Shown here: one piece after another, positions 19,589 through 30,181 of the stretch
How positions within the stretch are numbered: position 1 is the stretch's first letter
Layout: every line of letters begins with the position of its first letter
DNA from: Thermoproteota archaeon
GTDB taxonomy: Archaea; Thermoproteota; Thermoprotei_A; Sulfolobales; Acidilobaceae
DNA length: 64,000 nt
NCBI GenBank assembly: GCA_030549835.1
Contig: JAUQQR010000001.1
Span: 2,753-66,752, forward strand
Direction: 5' to 3'
Notes under the pieces: generated by a model
The model's database searches: none
What the model was told of the DNA's origin: nothing
The model's input: the letters and a program-made list of their open reading frames with translations, nothing else
Translations under genes and position numbers: made by a program

Positions 19589-22086
19589 AGCTTCCTCACC
19601 CTAACACTACTATTACTTGCTCCTCCCCCAACAATCGGGACAACGTAGTCTTTTGAGAACCAGTGCGGGTTGATCCCCTCTCTCGCAAAATGATTCTGTG
19701 GTAGTAGCTTAGATCTCCTACCCCACATTTGAGAATACACGAATAATACTCCTTCTCTAACTCTATTGGTAACCTTAACTCTAGCTACTGCTTTGGCTCT
19801 AGTATCTATTCCTTCAAGCTCTATTAGATCTCCATCTCTTATTCCTAGCCTCTCAGCATCTCTAGGATTCATCCATATACTTCTATCACCTACGTACTTC
19901 ATAGGCTCCATTAAGCTAGCGTGAACACTAGTTAGTGGACCCTTACCATTTACTAAGTAGAATTCGTTAGGCGCCTTTGGTAAAGTGTATGCTGGAGGTG
20001 GACTATAGTCTGGTAGTGGGTCTAGCTTATTTGCTAAAGCTGTTAAAGAATAAATCTCTATTTTCCCACTAGGGGTACCTAATGCTGTCTTATATGGTCT
20101 AACATAATATTCTTTCCTCTTAAGTATATAGTACCCCTTCTCGTTAAGCTCTCTAGTGAAAGCCTCCTTATCTAGCTTCCATGTAGCTACGAGCTTAGAT
20201 ATTATGCCTTCATTTAGCTTATGTAAAAACTCCTCTTCATACTTCTTATAATTAGCGTACTCACTACTCCAACCAAGTGCTACAGCTCTTTCTGGGAAGG
20301 CTCTTCTAACTATTTCAAACATTACCCAGAGAGCATCTCTAACATCATAACCTTCAGGAGGGATTATAACCCTATTTTCAACCTGGACTGAGGCATGTAG
20401 GGTCCACTTAGTTGACCTTATCTCATCTCTCTCAAGGAATATAGTGTCAGGGAGTACATAGTCTGCATAATCAACATCTTCCTGTGGCAATATATTAATT
20501 ATGACTAGTAAGTCAAGCTTCTTATAAGCCTCAATAACCTTGCTAGTATTCATATCTCTCATTATAGGTGATGTTCCTATCACGAAAAGAGCCTTAATTG
20601 GGTATGGATCCTCCTTAATTATAGCATCTAAGATAGCATCAAAGGTTGAAGGTGTAAGCCTGTATTTTACTCTATCAACTCTCGGTGCTCCTACGTCTCC
20701 AAATAGCTCCTCTGGCATCCTTGCATCATATACTGTCTCAGCATACCTCTTACCCTCAATAGTCCTAACTGTAATAATTGATGGGAATCTTGCCGACTCT
20801 GCATAGCATAAGCCTCCAGGCTTATCAATATTACCAATAAGAGTATTTAATATGAGTATAGCTCTAACATTATCGTAGTCATTACCATTTTTGGCTGTGT
20901 ACCATGTATCGTCAGCTACACCTCTATATAGAGCAAATTCTCTAGCTATTCTCCTAATAGTCCTAGCATCTACTCCAGTAATTTTCTCAGCTTCTTCTGG
21001 CTTATACTTAGAAGCTCTCTCTTTTAGTAGTATAAAGGCTGTTTTAACATCGATTTCTCTATCATCTTTAAGTTTAACCTTACCAGTATATAGTAGATCT
21101 GGGTCTGCTGCAGCTTTATGGTCTACGAGTCCATTGACCTTTAAATCCCATACTAGGTACTTGCGTGTATCACCACCTTCAATTATATCTGCTTCTGTTA
21201 ATGGTGATTCATCAGGCTTGATTAGGAATGGAGCATTTGTATATCTCTTCAAGAACTCGGCATCATATAAGCCTTCCTCTATAATAACATGTATTAAGGA
21301 TAAAACGAAGGCAGCATCAGTTCCAGGAATTATAGGAACCCACTCTACATTACCAAATCCAACCTCTGGCATTCTAGGATCTACAACAACTATTCTCAGC
21401 TTCTCATTAGATGTAGCTCTATTCACAACACCCATAGACGCTGTACTTAACGTCCTCCCAATTAGTAGTAGATAGCTAGCATTCTCATAATCAGGATCTA
21501 TAGTAGGCGGGCCTCCAGCACCTAGAACATGACCTCTAGCCACTGTACCATTTGCATGACACATCGAAACATGACTAATTACATTAGGTGTTCCAAGTAG
21601 ATAAGAGAATAGCGGCATATAATAGCTCCACACATCATGATGAGTTATAGCTATAGCTTTATAACCATATTTCTCAACAATTGATCTAAGTTTTGATGCT
21701 ATTTCATTAAGAGCCGTATCCCAATCAACTTCTACAAATCTAGCCTCACCTCTCTCTCCAACTCTCTTCATAGGCTTCTTTAATCTAAGCGGGCTATCCC
21801 AAAGCCATTTTAGAGAAGAGCTCCTACCACAAAGACCAGGCTGAGGATGACCTAGGATAGGCCGGACTCCTGCTGGCCTCCCATAATTCACTAAAACTTC
21901 AATTCCACATAATGCTCCACACATACCACAGTAAGTTTTAACCCATCTAACTTCAGGAGCTAAACTAGCTCCCTTAGCCTCCTCTCTCCTAATACTATCG
22001 ACTATGACCTTAGAAGCTGGGAGTGAAATAGTTAAGGCTGTTAATCCTGCAGCTTTAATGAAATCCCTTCTTTTCAGCTTCACCAC
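19585..22086 (-). CDS. Molybdopterin (Mo-bisPGD) oxidoreductase catalytic subunit, TAT-exported (polysulfide/thiosulfate/tetrathionate-reductase-like)
   Basis: Twin-arginine signal KRRDFIKAAG, an N-terminal CGMCGALCG Fe-S motif, and 833 aa of DMSO-reductase-family architecture. The substrate cannot be assigned from sequence by eye. Confidence 0.85.
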   Translation of the reverse strand: MVKLKRRDFIKAAGLTALTISLPASKVIVDSIRREEAKGASLAPEVRWVKTYCGMCGALCGIEVLVNYGRPAGVRPILGHPQPGLCGRSSSLKWLWDSPLRLKKPMKRVGERGEARFVEVDWDTALNEIASKLRSIVEKYGYKAIAITHHDVWSYYMPLFSYLLGTPNVISHVSMCHANGTVARGHVLGAGGPPTIDPDYENASYLLLIGRTLSTASMGVVNRATSNEKLRIVVVDPRMPEVGFGNVEWVPIIPGTDAAFVLSLIHVIIEEGLYDAEFLKRYTNAPFLIKPDESPLTEADIIEGGDTRKYLVWDLKVNGLVDHKAAADPDLLYTGKVKLKDDREIDVKTAFILLKERASKYKPEEAEKITGVDARTIRRIAREFALYRGVADDTWYTAKNGNDYDNVRAILILNTLIGNIDKPGGLCYAESARFPSIITVRTIEGKRYAETVYDARMPEELFGDVGAPRVDRVKYRLTPSTFDAILDAIIKEDPYPIKALFVIGTSPIMRDMNTSKVIEAYKKLDLLVIINILPQEDVDYADYVLPDTIFLERDEIRSTKWTLHASVQVENRVIIPPEGYDVRDALWVMFEIVRRAFPERAVALGWSSEYANYKKYEEEFLHKLNEGIISKLVATWKLDKEAFTRELNEKGYYILKRKEYYVRPYKTALGTPSGKIEIYSLTALANKLDPLPDYSPPPAYTLPKAPNEFYLVNGKGPLTSVHASLMEPMKYVGDRSIWMNPRDAERLGIRDGDLIELEGIDTRAKAVARVKVTNRVREGVLFVYSQMWGRRSKLLPQNHFAREGINPHWFSKDYVVPIVGGGASNSSVRVRKL

Positions 22087-22225
22087 ACCTCACCATCTAC
22101 TGTATATATAGAGATAGATTTAAGTCTTACGTATATATTTGTTTATTAACTTATAAAATATTGCCTATATCTTTATTATGTAGAAACAGAGTCTTAGGAT
22201 TAAAGGTATTTGGTTAATGGTAGTG

Positions 22226-23245
22226 TTATATTTTTATAACTGCTGCTCCTACTATCTTACCTTCTTTTATTATCTTCAATGTTTTGTTTAATTCTTCAAT
22301 CTTGTATTTTTGATATTTTACTTTTATCCTTATTTTTTCAGCTATTTTTAGGTATTCTCTTACGTTTAGTCTAGTTACGTTTGCTACTGTTTTTACCTCT
22401 CTCTCCATCCATAGGTGTTTTGTGTAGTCTAGGGTTATTGGTGTTCTCTTTCTTATGACGTTAACTACTAGTCTTCCGCCTGGTTTTATTAGTTCTAGTA
22501 TTCTTGGTATTATTTCACCTACTGGTGTGAAGTCTATTGCCCTATCTAGTTTCTCTGGAGGGTCTTCTTTTGGGTGTCCTACCCAGTCTGCTCCTAGTTC
22601 TCTTGCGAGCTCCATGTGTTCTATACTTCTCGTTAATACTATTACTCTACTGTTTGGATATAGATTCTTTATGACCTGTATTATCTGGTGTGCTGATGCT
22701 CCGAAGCCCACTAAACCTATGCTCATCCCGTCTCCCATGTCTGCTAGCTTTAATGCTCTATAGCCTATAGCTCCAGCACATAGTAGTGGGGCTGCCTCTA
22801 GATCATCATAATTACTAGGTATCCTATAAACATAGTCTTCATGAGCTACCATGTATTCAGCATAGCATCCATCAATATGACATCCTGTCCCCTTAAACTC
22901 CTCACATAGATTCTCTAACCCAGCCACACAATACCTACACTTACCACAACTCCGCCCAATCCATGCAACACCAACCCTATCGCCAATACTAACCTTTGAT
23001 ACCTCATCTCCAATTTTAACAATATAACCTACAGCTTGATGTCCCGGGATAACTGGAAGCTTCCCTATAACTCTACCCTCAATAACATCAATATCTGTAG
23101 GACATAAGCCACAAGTAGAGACTCTTATCAAAACCTCTCTAGACCTAGGCTCAGGGACATCCACATCCATAAGCTCTAAAGGATCTCTCCCAACAGAAAC
23201 CTCACAATACCTCCTCAAAACCATAGCCTTCAAACCATACACCAT
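22226..23245 (-). CDS. Zinc-dependent alcohol dehydrogenase (MDR family)
   Basis: CGLCPTD, GHQAVG, structural-zinc CGKCRYCVAGLENLC, and a GFGASAH Rossmann motif. Confidence 0.85.
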   Translation of the reverse strand: MVYGLKAMVLRRYCEVSVGRDPLELMDVDVPEPRSREVLIRVSTCGLCPTDIDVIEGRVIGKLPVIPGHQAVGYIVKIGDEVSKVSIGDRVGVAWIGRSCGKCRYCVAGLENLCEEFKGTGCHIDGCYAEYMVAHEDYVYRIPSNYDDLEAAPLLCAGAIGYRALKLADMGDGMSIGLVGFGASAHQIIQVIKNLYPNSRVIVLTRSIEHMELARELGADWVGHPKEDPPEKLDRAIDFTPVGEIIPRILELIKPGGRLVVNVIRKRTPITLDYTKHLWMEREVKTVANVTRLNVREYLKIAEKIRIKVKYQKYKIEELNKTLKIIKEGKIVGAAVIKI

Positions 23246-23392
23246 ACTATTAACTCTATTCCAACTACTAAATTCATTTACTCTCTAGGAACTATTAGCT
23301 TAGATTAGAGTATTGGAGAGGACTAAAATAGCATCTATAAACTACAAGTCTCTAGAATTAAAATGACGAAACTAAACAATACTAGCTAAAGA

Positions 23393-25177
23393 TTAGTATA
23401 TTATGTGACGTGTTAATATTAGTGTTAATAACCCTAGTATTGTTGCCCCATCATCTCCTAGTAATGCTACTAGCCATAATGGTAGTAGCCCTGTTAGTCC
23501 GCCCGTTAGTGCAACTATCTTAACTATTACGGCTATAGTTAATGCTGCTATTAGAGTACTCATATGTACCCTAGATTCTCTAATGATATCTGGTAATTGA
23601 TGTACTCCCTCAACTAGTACGGCATCAGCAACAGCTACTACAGCGTCTATATTCCCTACAGCTACCCCGGCATCAGCAACAGCTAAGGCCACAATATCGT
23701 TTACACCGTCACCTACTGCTAATACTCTCTTACCCTGCTCTCTAATACTATTTACTAATCTCATCTTATCTTCTGGGCTCATCTCATAATAATACTCTCT
23801 TACCCCAAACATTCTGGCTATACTTTCAACTTTACCACGCTTATCTCCACTAGCTATTATAATCCTCTCATTTAGGTTGCTGATTACATTTATAGTTTTA
23901 GGGTTTATGTACTCCTTTAAACATATATAGCCTAAATCTCCATCTATAGATATGTAGATTGTAGATTCTAGCTCACTGCAAGGTTTATAGTCGCTATTTA
24001 AATTTAGAAGTCTACTACTCCCCATTACTACTCTTCTACTATCTACTACTCCCTCAACTCCAAGCCCTATCTTCTCGCTAAAATTATCTACCTGTAATTT
24101 CTTTTGAGATATTTTAGATAATGTTCTGGAAAGTGGATGTAGTGATACTGAGGCTAGAGAAGCTATTATTGATTTAAAGTATTCCTCATCTATATTATCT
24201 GGAGGTTTAATTCTAGTAATCTCATAGTCTCCTAATGTTAGAGTCCCAGTCTTATCTAAAATAATCGTATCTACTCTAGCTATAGCCTCTAGAGCTCTAC
24301 CTCCTCTTACCACGATACCTCTCCTAGCTAGGATTGCAGTTGTATATGCTGCTGAGAAGCTTGAGTTTATTATAAATGCAGAGGGGCAAGCTACTATGAA
24401 TATAGAGACTGCTCTGAGAGGATCTGTTAGAATATACGCTACTATAAATGAAGCATAAGCTATCACAGCCCAAGGCTTTAGAAGCTTATCTAATACTCTT
24501 TCAACTAAGCTCTTCTCCTCTAAAGATTCTAAGGCTAACTCTACAATTCTATAGAGAGTAGACTTAGATATAGGCCTTAGAACTTTGACTCTCATTAAGT
24601 TACCACTAACATTAATGTAACCACTAGAGACATAGTCTCCAGTAGTGACATATCTAGGCTCAGATTCACCAGTAATAAGTGATGTATTAACATAACCCTC
24701 AGATAAGGCTATCCCATCACAAGGTACAGCCTCGCCATGCCTAACAATAACAACATCGCCATACTTAAGCGAATCACTGCTGACAATCTTATGTGAGCCT
24801 CCAGCATCAACTATAACCTTTGAGGGTATGAGGGCTATGAGTTTATCGAGCCTCCTCTTCGCATATAACTCAGCAATATCCTCTATGAGCTCTGCAAGAG
24901 AGTAGAGGAACATGACAATAAGCCCCTCAAAATAGAATCTATGAGCTAAGGTGACGAAGCCTGCTGAGCTCATTAACGCATACTCTACATTAAATCTACG
25001 AATAGTAACTATACCATACACTAGATTAAGAACTAAGAAGAGTGTAGGAATTGATAGTAAAATAGGTCTAAAACTATAGCCTATCCCAGTAATACTAGCT
25101 AAGATTCCAGTTATTGATGGTATAAGCATGAATATTAGCCAGGATACTTTACTATAAGCATCCATAAATCTATCCAA
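23393..25177 (-). CDS. P1B-type heavy-metal ATPase, short form without an N-terminal metal-binding domain and with an atypical CPS TM motif
   Basis: DKTGTLT, SLHPLS (the HP motif of P1B pumps), GDGVNDIVAL, and TGES. TM6 reads ACPSAFIINSS instead of CPC..ATP. The annotated TTG start may really be the ATG 4 codons in. Confidence 0.8.
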   Translation of the reverse strand: MDRFMDAYSKVSWLIFMLIPSITGILASITGIGYSFRPILLSIPTLFLVLNLVYGIVTIRRFNVEYALMSSAGFVTLAHRFYFEGLIVMFLYSLAELIEDIAELYAKRRLDKLIALIPSKVIVDAGGSHKIVSSDSLKYGDVVIVRHGEAVPCDGIALSEGYVNTSLITGESEPRYVTTGDYVSSGYINVSGNLMRVKVLRPISKSTLYRIVELALESLEEKSLVERVLDKLLKPWAVIAYASFIVAYILTDPLRAVSIFIVACPSAFIINSSFSAAYTTAILARRGIVVRGGRALEAIARVDTIILDKTGTLTLGDYEITRIKPPDNIDEEYFKSIIASLASVSLHPLSRTLSKISQKKLQVDNFSEKIGLGVEGVVDSRRVVMGSSRLLNLNSDYKPCSELESTIYISIDGDLGYICLKEYINPKTINVISNLNERIIIASGDKRGKVESIARMFGVREYYYEMSPEDKMRLVNSIREQGKRVLAVGDGVNDIVALAVADAGVAVGNIDAVVAVADAVLVEGVHQLPDIIRESRVHMSTLIAALTIAVIVKIVALTGGLTGLLPLWLVALLGDDGATILGLLTLILTRHIIY

Positions 25178-25206
25178 AAGTATTCACCAAGCCTAAAGCA
25201 TACTTT
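25177..25206. promoter_or_regulatory. Candidate NikR-type operator: perfect 7-nt inverted repeat with a 16-nt spacer
   Basis: AAAGTAT-N16-ATACTTT sits in the divergent spacer between the ATPase and the NikR-like gene. AAGTATTCA recurs at about 25234. Confidence 0.3.
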
Positions 25207-25279
25207 AGAAAAAATTAATAAGCTTAAATATTAAGTATTCATAAAGGTTATTATTAAATTTTATTAAGTTTTAGTTTAG

Positions 25280-25705
25280 ATGTTAATATATGGGGGTTGT
25301 GCTATGACTATCATAAGTATATCGATACCAGATGTTTTAGTAGAGAAGATTGATGAAGCAGTAGGTATCCTAGGTTATACTTCTAGATCTGAGTTTATTA
25401 GAGAGGCTATTAGGAAGCGTGTTGAGGAAGCTGAGGTACTTAGAAGTGATGCTAAGAGTATATTCATTATTATGGCTCTAAGTGATCATAGTAAATATAA
25501 AGCTTCAGATGCGAAGATCTTAGAAATAATACACTCTTACCAGCCTGATATTAAAGCCTTTTACCATTTAATAATACGAGATTTCTTATGCCTAAATATT
25601 GCTATTATTGAGAGCTTCTCAAATATAGCATTTAATCTTGTAAGAGAGCTTAGAAGTGTGAGGGGGGTCATTGATATTCAAGTATATAGATTGAGGTATC
25701 CCTAG
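25280..25705 (+). CDS. nikR: NikR-like ribbon-helix-helix metal-responsive repressor (probable true start at the ATG at 25304)
   Basis: MTIISISIPDVLVEKIDEAVGILGYTSRSEFIREAIRKRV matches the NikR/CopG RHH N-terminus. The C-terminal ACT-like domain has a few His/Cys. Confidence 0.65.
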   Translation: MLIYGGCAMTIISISIPDVLVEKIDEAVGILGYTSRSEFIREAIRKRVEEAEVLRSDAKSIFIIMALSDHSKYKASDAKILEIIHSYQPDIKAFYHLIIRDFLCLNIAIIESFSNIAFNLVRELRSVRGVIDIQVYRLRYP

Positions 25706-25726
25706 CAGTGGGCGGGGTTAAATATA

Positions 25727-27187
25727 TTGATTAAGTGGACTGCAGTCTTATCTTCAATATCTGCTCTTATGCTTGTCTTATCTATTTTAGCTTCATTTAA
25801 TGGTCTAGTCTTTACTATATTGTCTAGTGATCCTTTAGAGTATAATTCTAGTATTAGATTTCTCTTAGCGTCTCTTACTTTAATGCTCATATCGCTACTT
25901 GTATATGTTGCCTTTAAGAATTATATTATCACTGATATTACAGAGGCTTATATAGTCGTAAGCTTATACTGGTTTCTAGCACCTTTAGCTTCTAGTATTA
26001 TACTCTATGCTAGTATAGGCTTGAATATTATTGATGGTTTCTTTGAATCACTAAGTGCTCTTAGCGGGGCTGGGTTAACTGTTATTATTCCAGAGTCTAT
26101 GCCTAGAGTTATATTAATGTGGAGATCTATCCTCCAGTGGGTTGGTGGTATAAGTATAGTTGTTATCGGTGGAGCTCTACTACCCTTCCTCCACGCTATT
26201 ATTAGGAGTATTTACCTAGTTGAGGTTGGGGCTAGGCTAGCGCCAAGAGTTATATCAACGATTAGAGTACTCTTCACAATATATATTATATTAACAGTTT
26301 CTAGCATATTACTACTTTATATTTCAGGTATGGATCTATTTAATGCTTTAAATCATGGATTAACAGGAATAGCTACTGCTGGAATGTCAACAAAGAATAC
26401 AGGCTATACATTCTGGTATGAGAATGGCTATATTATAGCAGTAGTATTAACAATATTTATCATGATATTAGGAGCTACAAACTTTCAAGACCTAAACTTA
26501 CTCATTAGAGGGAAAATTAGAGCATTTATAGACTCTATTGAGGTAAGGGGGCTGATAGCCTTTATAGCTATACTATGGCTAATAGCCTTTATTATATCAG
26601 TGGTTGAGGGGAAAACAGAGGAACTTCTACCCTGGACTTTTAATCTAGTATCTGCAATAACAACAACAGGATTCCAGATAGGCGATTTAAGAGTAGAATC
26701 TGAGTCTTATAAGATTATCCTAGTATTAGCTATGGCTATAGGGGGGCCAACATTCTCTACAGCAGCTGGGCTTAAGGTGAAGAGGGTTATAATAGCTATT
26801 AAAGCAGTATACTGGGAATTCTCTCGGCCACTAGCACCTCCTAGAGCTCTTAGAGTTTTCAGGGTTGGAGATAGAGAGTTTACTGAGAAGGATATAGCAA
26901 TCGTATACTCCTACATAACACTCTATATTATAGTATTAATATTTACGTCATTGATAATTAAGATTTTAGTAGACTATTATAAGCTAGGTGATTACACGTA
27001 TATAGATGTTCTACTAGATACTACATCTGCACTCTCATGTGTAGGCCTTTCTACCGGAATTATATCGCCAAGTACTCCACTAGTAATTAAGCTAATCCTA
27101 ATGGTCCCAATATACCTTGGAAGACTAGAATTCCTACCTATATACCTACTTATAAGCCTCTACTCTAGGAGGAAAATTGTATTATAG
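25727..27187 (+). CDS. trkH: TrkH/KtrB-family K+ transporter membrane subunit
   Basis: 486 aa, polytopic, with repeated pore-loop-like segments (SGAGLT, TAGMST, TTTGFQ, CVGLSTG). Followed by a TrkA-like gene. Confidence 0.8.
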   Translation: MIKWTAVLSSISALMLVLSILASFNGLVFTILSSDPLEYNSSIRFLLASLTLMLISLLVYVAFKNYIITDITEAYIVVSLYWFLAPLASSIILYASIGLNIIDGFFESLSALSGAGLTVIIPESMPRVILMWRSILQWVGGISIVVIGGALLPFLHAIIRSIYLVEVGARLAPRVISTIRVLFTIYIILTVSSILLLYISGMDLFNALNHGLTGIATAGMSTKNTGYTFWYENGYIIAVVLTIFIMILGATNFQDLNLLIRGKIRAFIDSIEVRGLIAFIAILWLIAFIISVVEGKTEELLPWTFNLVSAITTTGFQIGDLRVESESYKIILVLAMAIGGPTFSTAAGLKVKRVIIAIKAVYWEFSRPLAPPRALRVFRVGDREFTEKDIAIVYSYITLYIIVLIFTSLIIKILVDYYKLGDYTYIDVLLDTTSALSCVGLSTGIISPSTPLVIKLILMVPIYLGRLEFLPIYLLISLYSRRKIVL

Positions 27188-27267
27188 CGTTTTAAGCTAA
27201 TGTGATCTAGTTAACTGCTAACTATTTTACTGTTAACTCATAGAAATATTATCTAGGATAATACAGA

Positions 27268-27912
27268 TTGAATATTCTCATCATTGGAGCTATAAAAGAC
27301 GTATACCCTATAGTAGAAGAGCTAGCTAGGACCGGTAATCATATAGTTATAGTTGATAATAGTAAAGAGAGAGCTAGCTACTATACTAGTAAATCTATAG
27401 ATATAGCTATACACGTATTAAATCCGATAGACTACGATGCCCTTGTAGAAGTGGGGCTCCCGAGGGCCGACATAGTACTAGCTATACACCCGTCAGATAC
27501 TGTTAACTTTATAGTAGGCATGTATGCTAAAAACCTCAATATACCTAAGATAATAGTTCTAATTTCAGATGAGAAGCTTGCAAGAATACTATTAAATTTA
27601 GGCATCACGAGAGCCGTTATAGCTAAGAATAGGTTGATAAATAGAGGCTTAATCGAGGCACTCTATGATGTGAAGATTATAGATGTAGATGAAGACAACT
27701 ACTTGATTTTAATAGATAGTAATGTGAGAAGCGAGCTTATAGGATTGAGTATAGGGGAAATTGTGGAGAAGCTATTTAAAGTAGTAGCAGTGATTAGTGG
27801 AGAAGAACGTAGAGTAGTTATAGATAAGTATCATATAGTAGAGAAAGGTGATAAGATAATAGCATTAATATCAAGAAGCGAGCTTACAAAAATATTAAGA
27901 ATACAAGCTTAA
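27268..27912 (+). CDS. trkA: TrkA/KtrA-like RCK-domain regulatory subunit
   Basis: N-terminal Rossmann-like ILIIGA.. (degenerate GxGxxG) plus a C-terminal TrkA-C-like domain (GEIVEK...GDKIIAL). Adjacent to trkH. Confidence 0.7.
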   Translation: MNILIIGAIKDVYPIVEELARTGNHIVIVDNSKERASYYTSKSIDIAIHVLNPIDYDALVEVGLPRADIVLAIHPSDTVNFIVGMYAKNLNIPKIIVLISDEKLARILLNLGITRAVIAKNRLINRGLIEALYDVKIIDVDEDNYLILIDSNVRSELIGLSIGEIVEKLFKVVAVISGEERRVVIDKYHIVEKGDKIIALISRSELTKILRIQA

Positions 27913-27981
27913 ACTACCTAAAAATTTTTAAAACTCAAATATTTATAGGTATACTCTATACTATAGTGGGATGGTGGAGAC

Positions 27982-28797
27982 TTGAATATAAGTGAATTAA
28001 TACAAGCAATTGGAGGCTACTCATATTTAATCTTCACAGTTACAGGTATAATCTTAATCCTACTGGCATCATTTATTTCTTACTCTATAGCTTCAAGGAT
28101 ACTATTTAGGCTTAGAGTTAGAAGACTTCTAGATAAGAGTATTGAGGAAGCTCTAAGGCTAGTTATAGCATTATTGATTGCTGCTATAGCATTACCACTA
28201 ATACTATCCCTATTATTCAGTATCCCATACGGATTACTAGTATCTGTCTCGCTATTAGTGTTACTCCTAGTTTCACTAATCCTAGCTGGGAGAGAGTATC
28301 TAGCTAATATACTTTCATACCTGCTTGTATCAGTATCTGGAGTAGTAAGAGAGGGGGAGTATGTGAGGATAGACTTACAATCTAATAGCTATGAGGGTAG
28401 AGTTTTATTAAGTAAAGGAGAGTACCTAGCTTTACAGACAGATCACGGTCATATAATCTACATACCTTACAGTAAACTACATAGTTCTACTATAATTAAG
28501 CTTGCAAGTGCTATTATAAACTTAAGAGTAAGGATTAAGGGAGAGAATATAGAAGTCGATAGAGTAGTAAAAGATGTAGAGAATGCTATAGCTAACTGTA
28601 AATTCATAGATAGGAATAGCATCTCAGTAAAGATTTCAGGAGTATCTGAGGAGAATTCTACGAGAGTACTAACATTACTAGTAGAAGCTAGAACACTTAA
28701 CTTAAGGAATATTGACAAGGCTAGAGAAGAGCTTATAGAGACATTAGTGGAGAATTTACCCTACGAAGCCTCTCTGAGTATTAGTAGAGGAGAATAG
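27982..28797 (+). CDS. MscS-like small-conductance mechanosensitive channel (tentative)
   Basis: 3 N-terminal TM helices followed by EGEYVRI...GRVLLS...ALQTDHGHIIYIPYSKL, which resembles the MscS beta-domain signature. Confidence 0.5.
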   Translation: MNISELIQAIGGYSYLIFTVTGIILILLASFISYSIASRILFRLRVRRLLDKSIEEALRLVIALLIAAIALPLILSLLFSIPYGLLVSVSLLVLLLVSLILAGREYLANILSYLLVSVSGVVREGEYVRIDLQSNSYEGRVLLSKGEYLALQTDHGHIIYIPYSKLHSSTIIKLASAIINLRVRIKGENIEVDRVVKDVENAIANCKFIDRNSISVKISGVSEENSTRVLTLLVEARTLNLRNIDKAREELIETLVENLPYEASLSISRGE

Positions 28798-28798
28798 T

Positions 28799-30115
28799 TT
28801 ATGATAGTAGGTCTAGTAGGGTTAGTATTTTTGGAGCTTCTTTCTCATCAAAACAGTAGTAGACTTTAGAGTACTGTTTTCTAAACTCTTCTACCTCACT
28901 CCTAACCTCTACTGGGTCTTTTTTAACAATTAATACTTTATAGAATAACTCTGCTATATATGACATTTCACTTTCTTTCATTCCTATTCTTGTTACTTCT
29001 TGTACCCCCAGTCTTATTCCACTTGGATCTCTTACCGCTTCTGGAGGATCTATTGGTAGTAGGTTCTTATTTACTATTATATTTGCTTCTTCTAGTCTCT
29101 TAGCTGCCCATGCTCCGCCTCCTAGGTTCTTAACGTTTATTAGTACTTGGTGGCTTCTAGTATATCCTAGCTTTTCTCCGAGTACATTGAAGCCATATGA
29201 TGCTAGTTCTTCTGCTAGTTTTCTAGCATTATATACTATTTGTTTAGCATATTGTTCTCCATACTCTTTCATTTCTAATGCTGTTATTAGTGTTGCCGGT
29301 ATTCTATGTAGGTGGTGATTACTTACAAACCATGGGAATATAGTTTTACTAACACTCTTATATGTAGCTTCATCTCTGAAAGCTATTAGTCCCCCTTGGG
29401 GTCCTGGGAATGTTTTATGTGTTGATGATGTCATAACGTCAGCACCATTGTCTAGAGGGTTACGCCAAACACCCCCTATTATTAATCCTAGGACGTGTGC
29501 TGAGTCATACACGAGTTTGCCCCCAACACTATGAATAGCTTCACTTATTTCTTTAACCGGATGCGGGAATAAGTATACGCTCCCTCCTAGTACTGCGAAT
29601 TTAGGCTTAACACTACCTATTACTTTTATAGCTCCATCTATATCAACATTCATTTCTTCCTCGTTATAGGGTAGGTCTACTTGTCTTATGCCTAAAGCTC
29701 CCAGTGTGCCGAACTTTGTATGGCTTACGTGGGCTCCCGCCTGTACTGGGGCTATTACAGCATTATCTCCAGGTTCTGCTAGAGCTCTAAAGACTGCAGC
29801 ATTAGCTATTGTACCACTAATGGGTCTAAGTTCTACCATATTAGTATTAAGCATTGATCCTATAACTCTCTCAGCTAATACCTCGAGCTCATCTATGAAT
29901 CTAGTACCTTGATAGTACCTCTTGAATGGTCTACCTTCAGCATATCTATGCATAAAGTCGCTTAGGTAGGCTTTAAGGGCTAGAGGACTCATAATATTCT
30001 CGGCTGCAATTAAATTTATAGACTTTGAAACTCTCCAAATATTATTCTCGTTAATGAAGCCTACTATAGTTTCAAGTATACTCTTAACATTAGCTTCACT
30101 CAAGAGATACACCAT
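28799..30115 (-). CDS. glyA: Serine hydroxymethyltransferase
   Basis: [16 protein letters not shown]-lysine motif, [14 protein letters not shown] and GxHVSH motifs. Confidence 0.9.
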   Translation of the reverse strand: MVYLLSEANVKSILETIVGFINENNIWRVSKSINLIAAENIMSPLALKAYLSDFMHRYAEGRPFKRYYQGTRFIDELEVLAERVIGSMLNTNMVELRPISGTIANAAVFRALAEPGDNAVIAPVQAGAHVSHTKFGTLGALGIRQVDLPYNEEEMNVDIDGAIKVIGSVKPKFAVLGGSVYLFPHPVKEISEAIHSVGGKLVYDSAHVLGLIIGGVWRNPLDNGADVMTSSTHKTFPGPQGGLIAFRDEATYKSVSKTIFPWFVSNHHLHRIPATLITALEMKEYGEQYAKQIVYNARKLAEELASYGFNVLGEKLGYTRSHQVLINVKNLGGGAWAAKRLEEANIIVNKNLLPIDPPEAVRDPSGIRLGVQEVTRIGMKESEMSYIAELFYKVLIVKKDPVEVRSEVEEFRKQYSKVYYCFDEKEAPKILTLLDLLS

Positions 30116-30181
30116 ATGTTTATATCATGAATAAGAGTTTTAAATATTCTAGAGTTATGTTATAGTTAAAGGTGTAAGTTT

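Noticed and set aside
25702-25890. A 62-aa minus-strand ORF overlapping the end of nikR and the start of trkH.
   Set aside because: It overlaps two better-supported genes and has no motif or plausible promoter. It is likely spurious.
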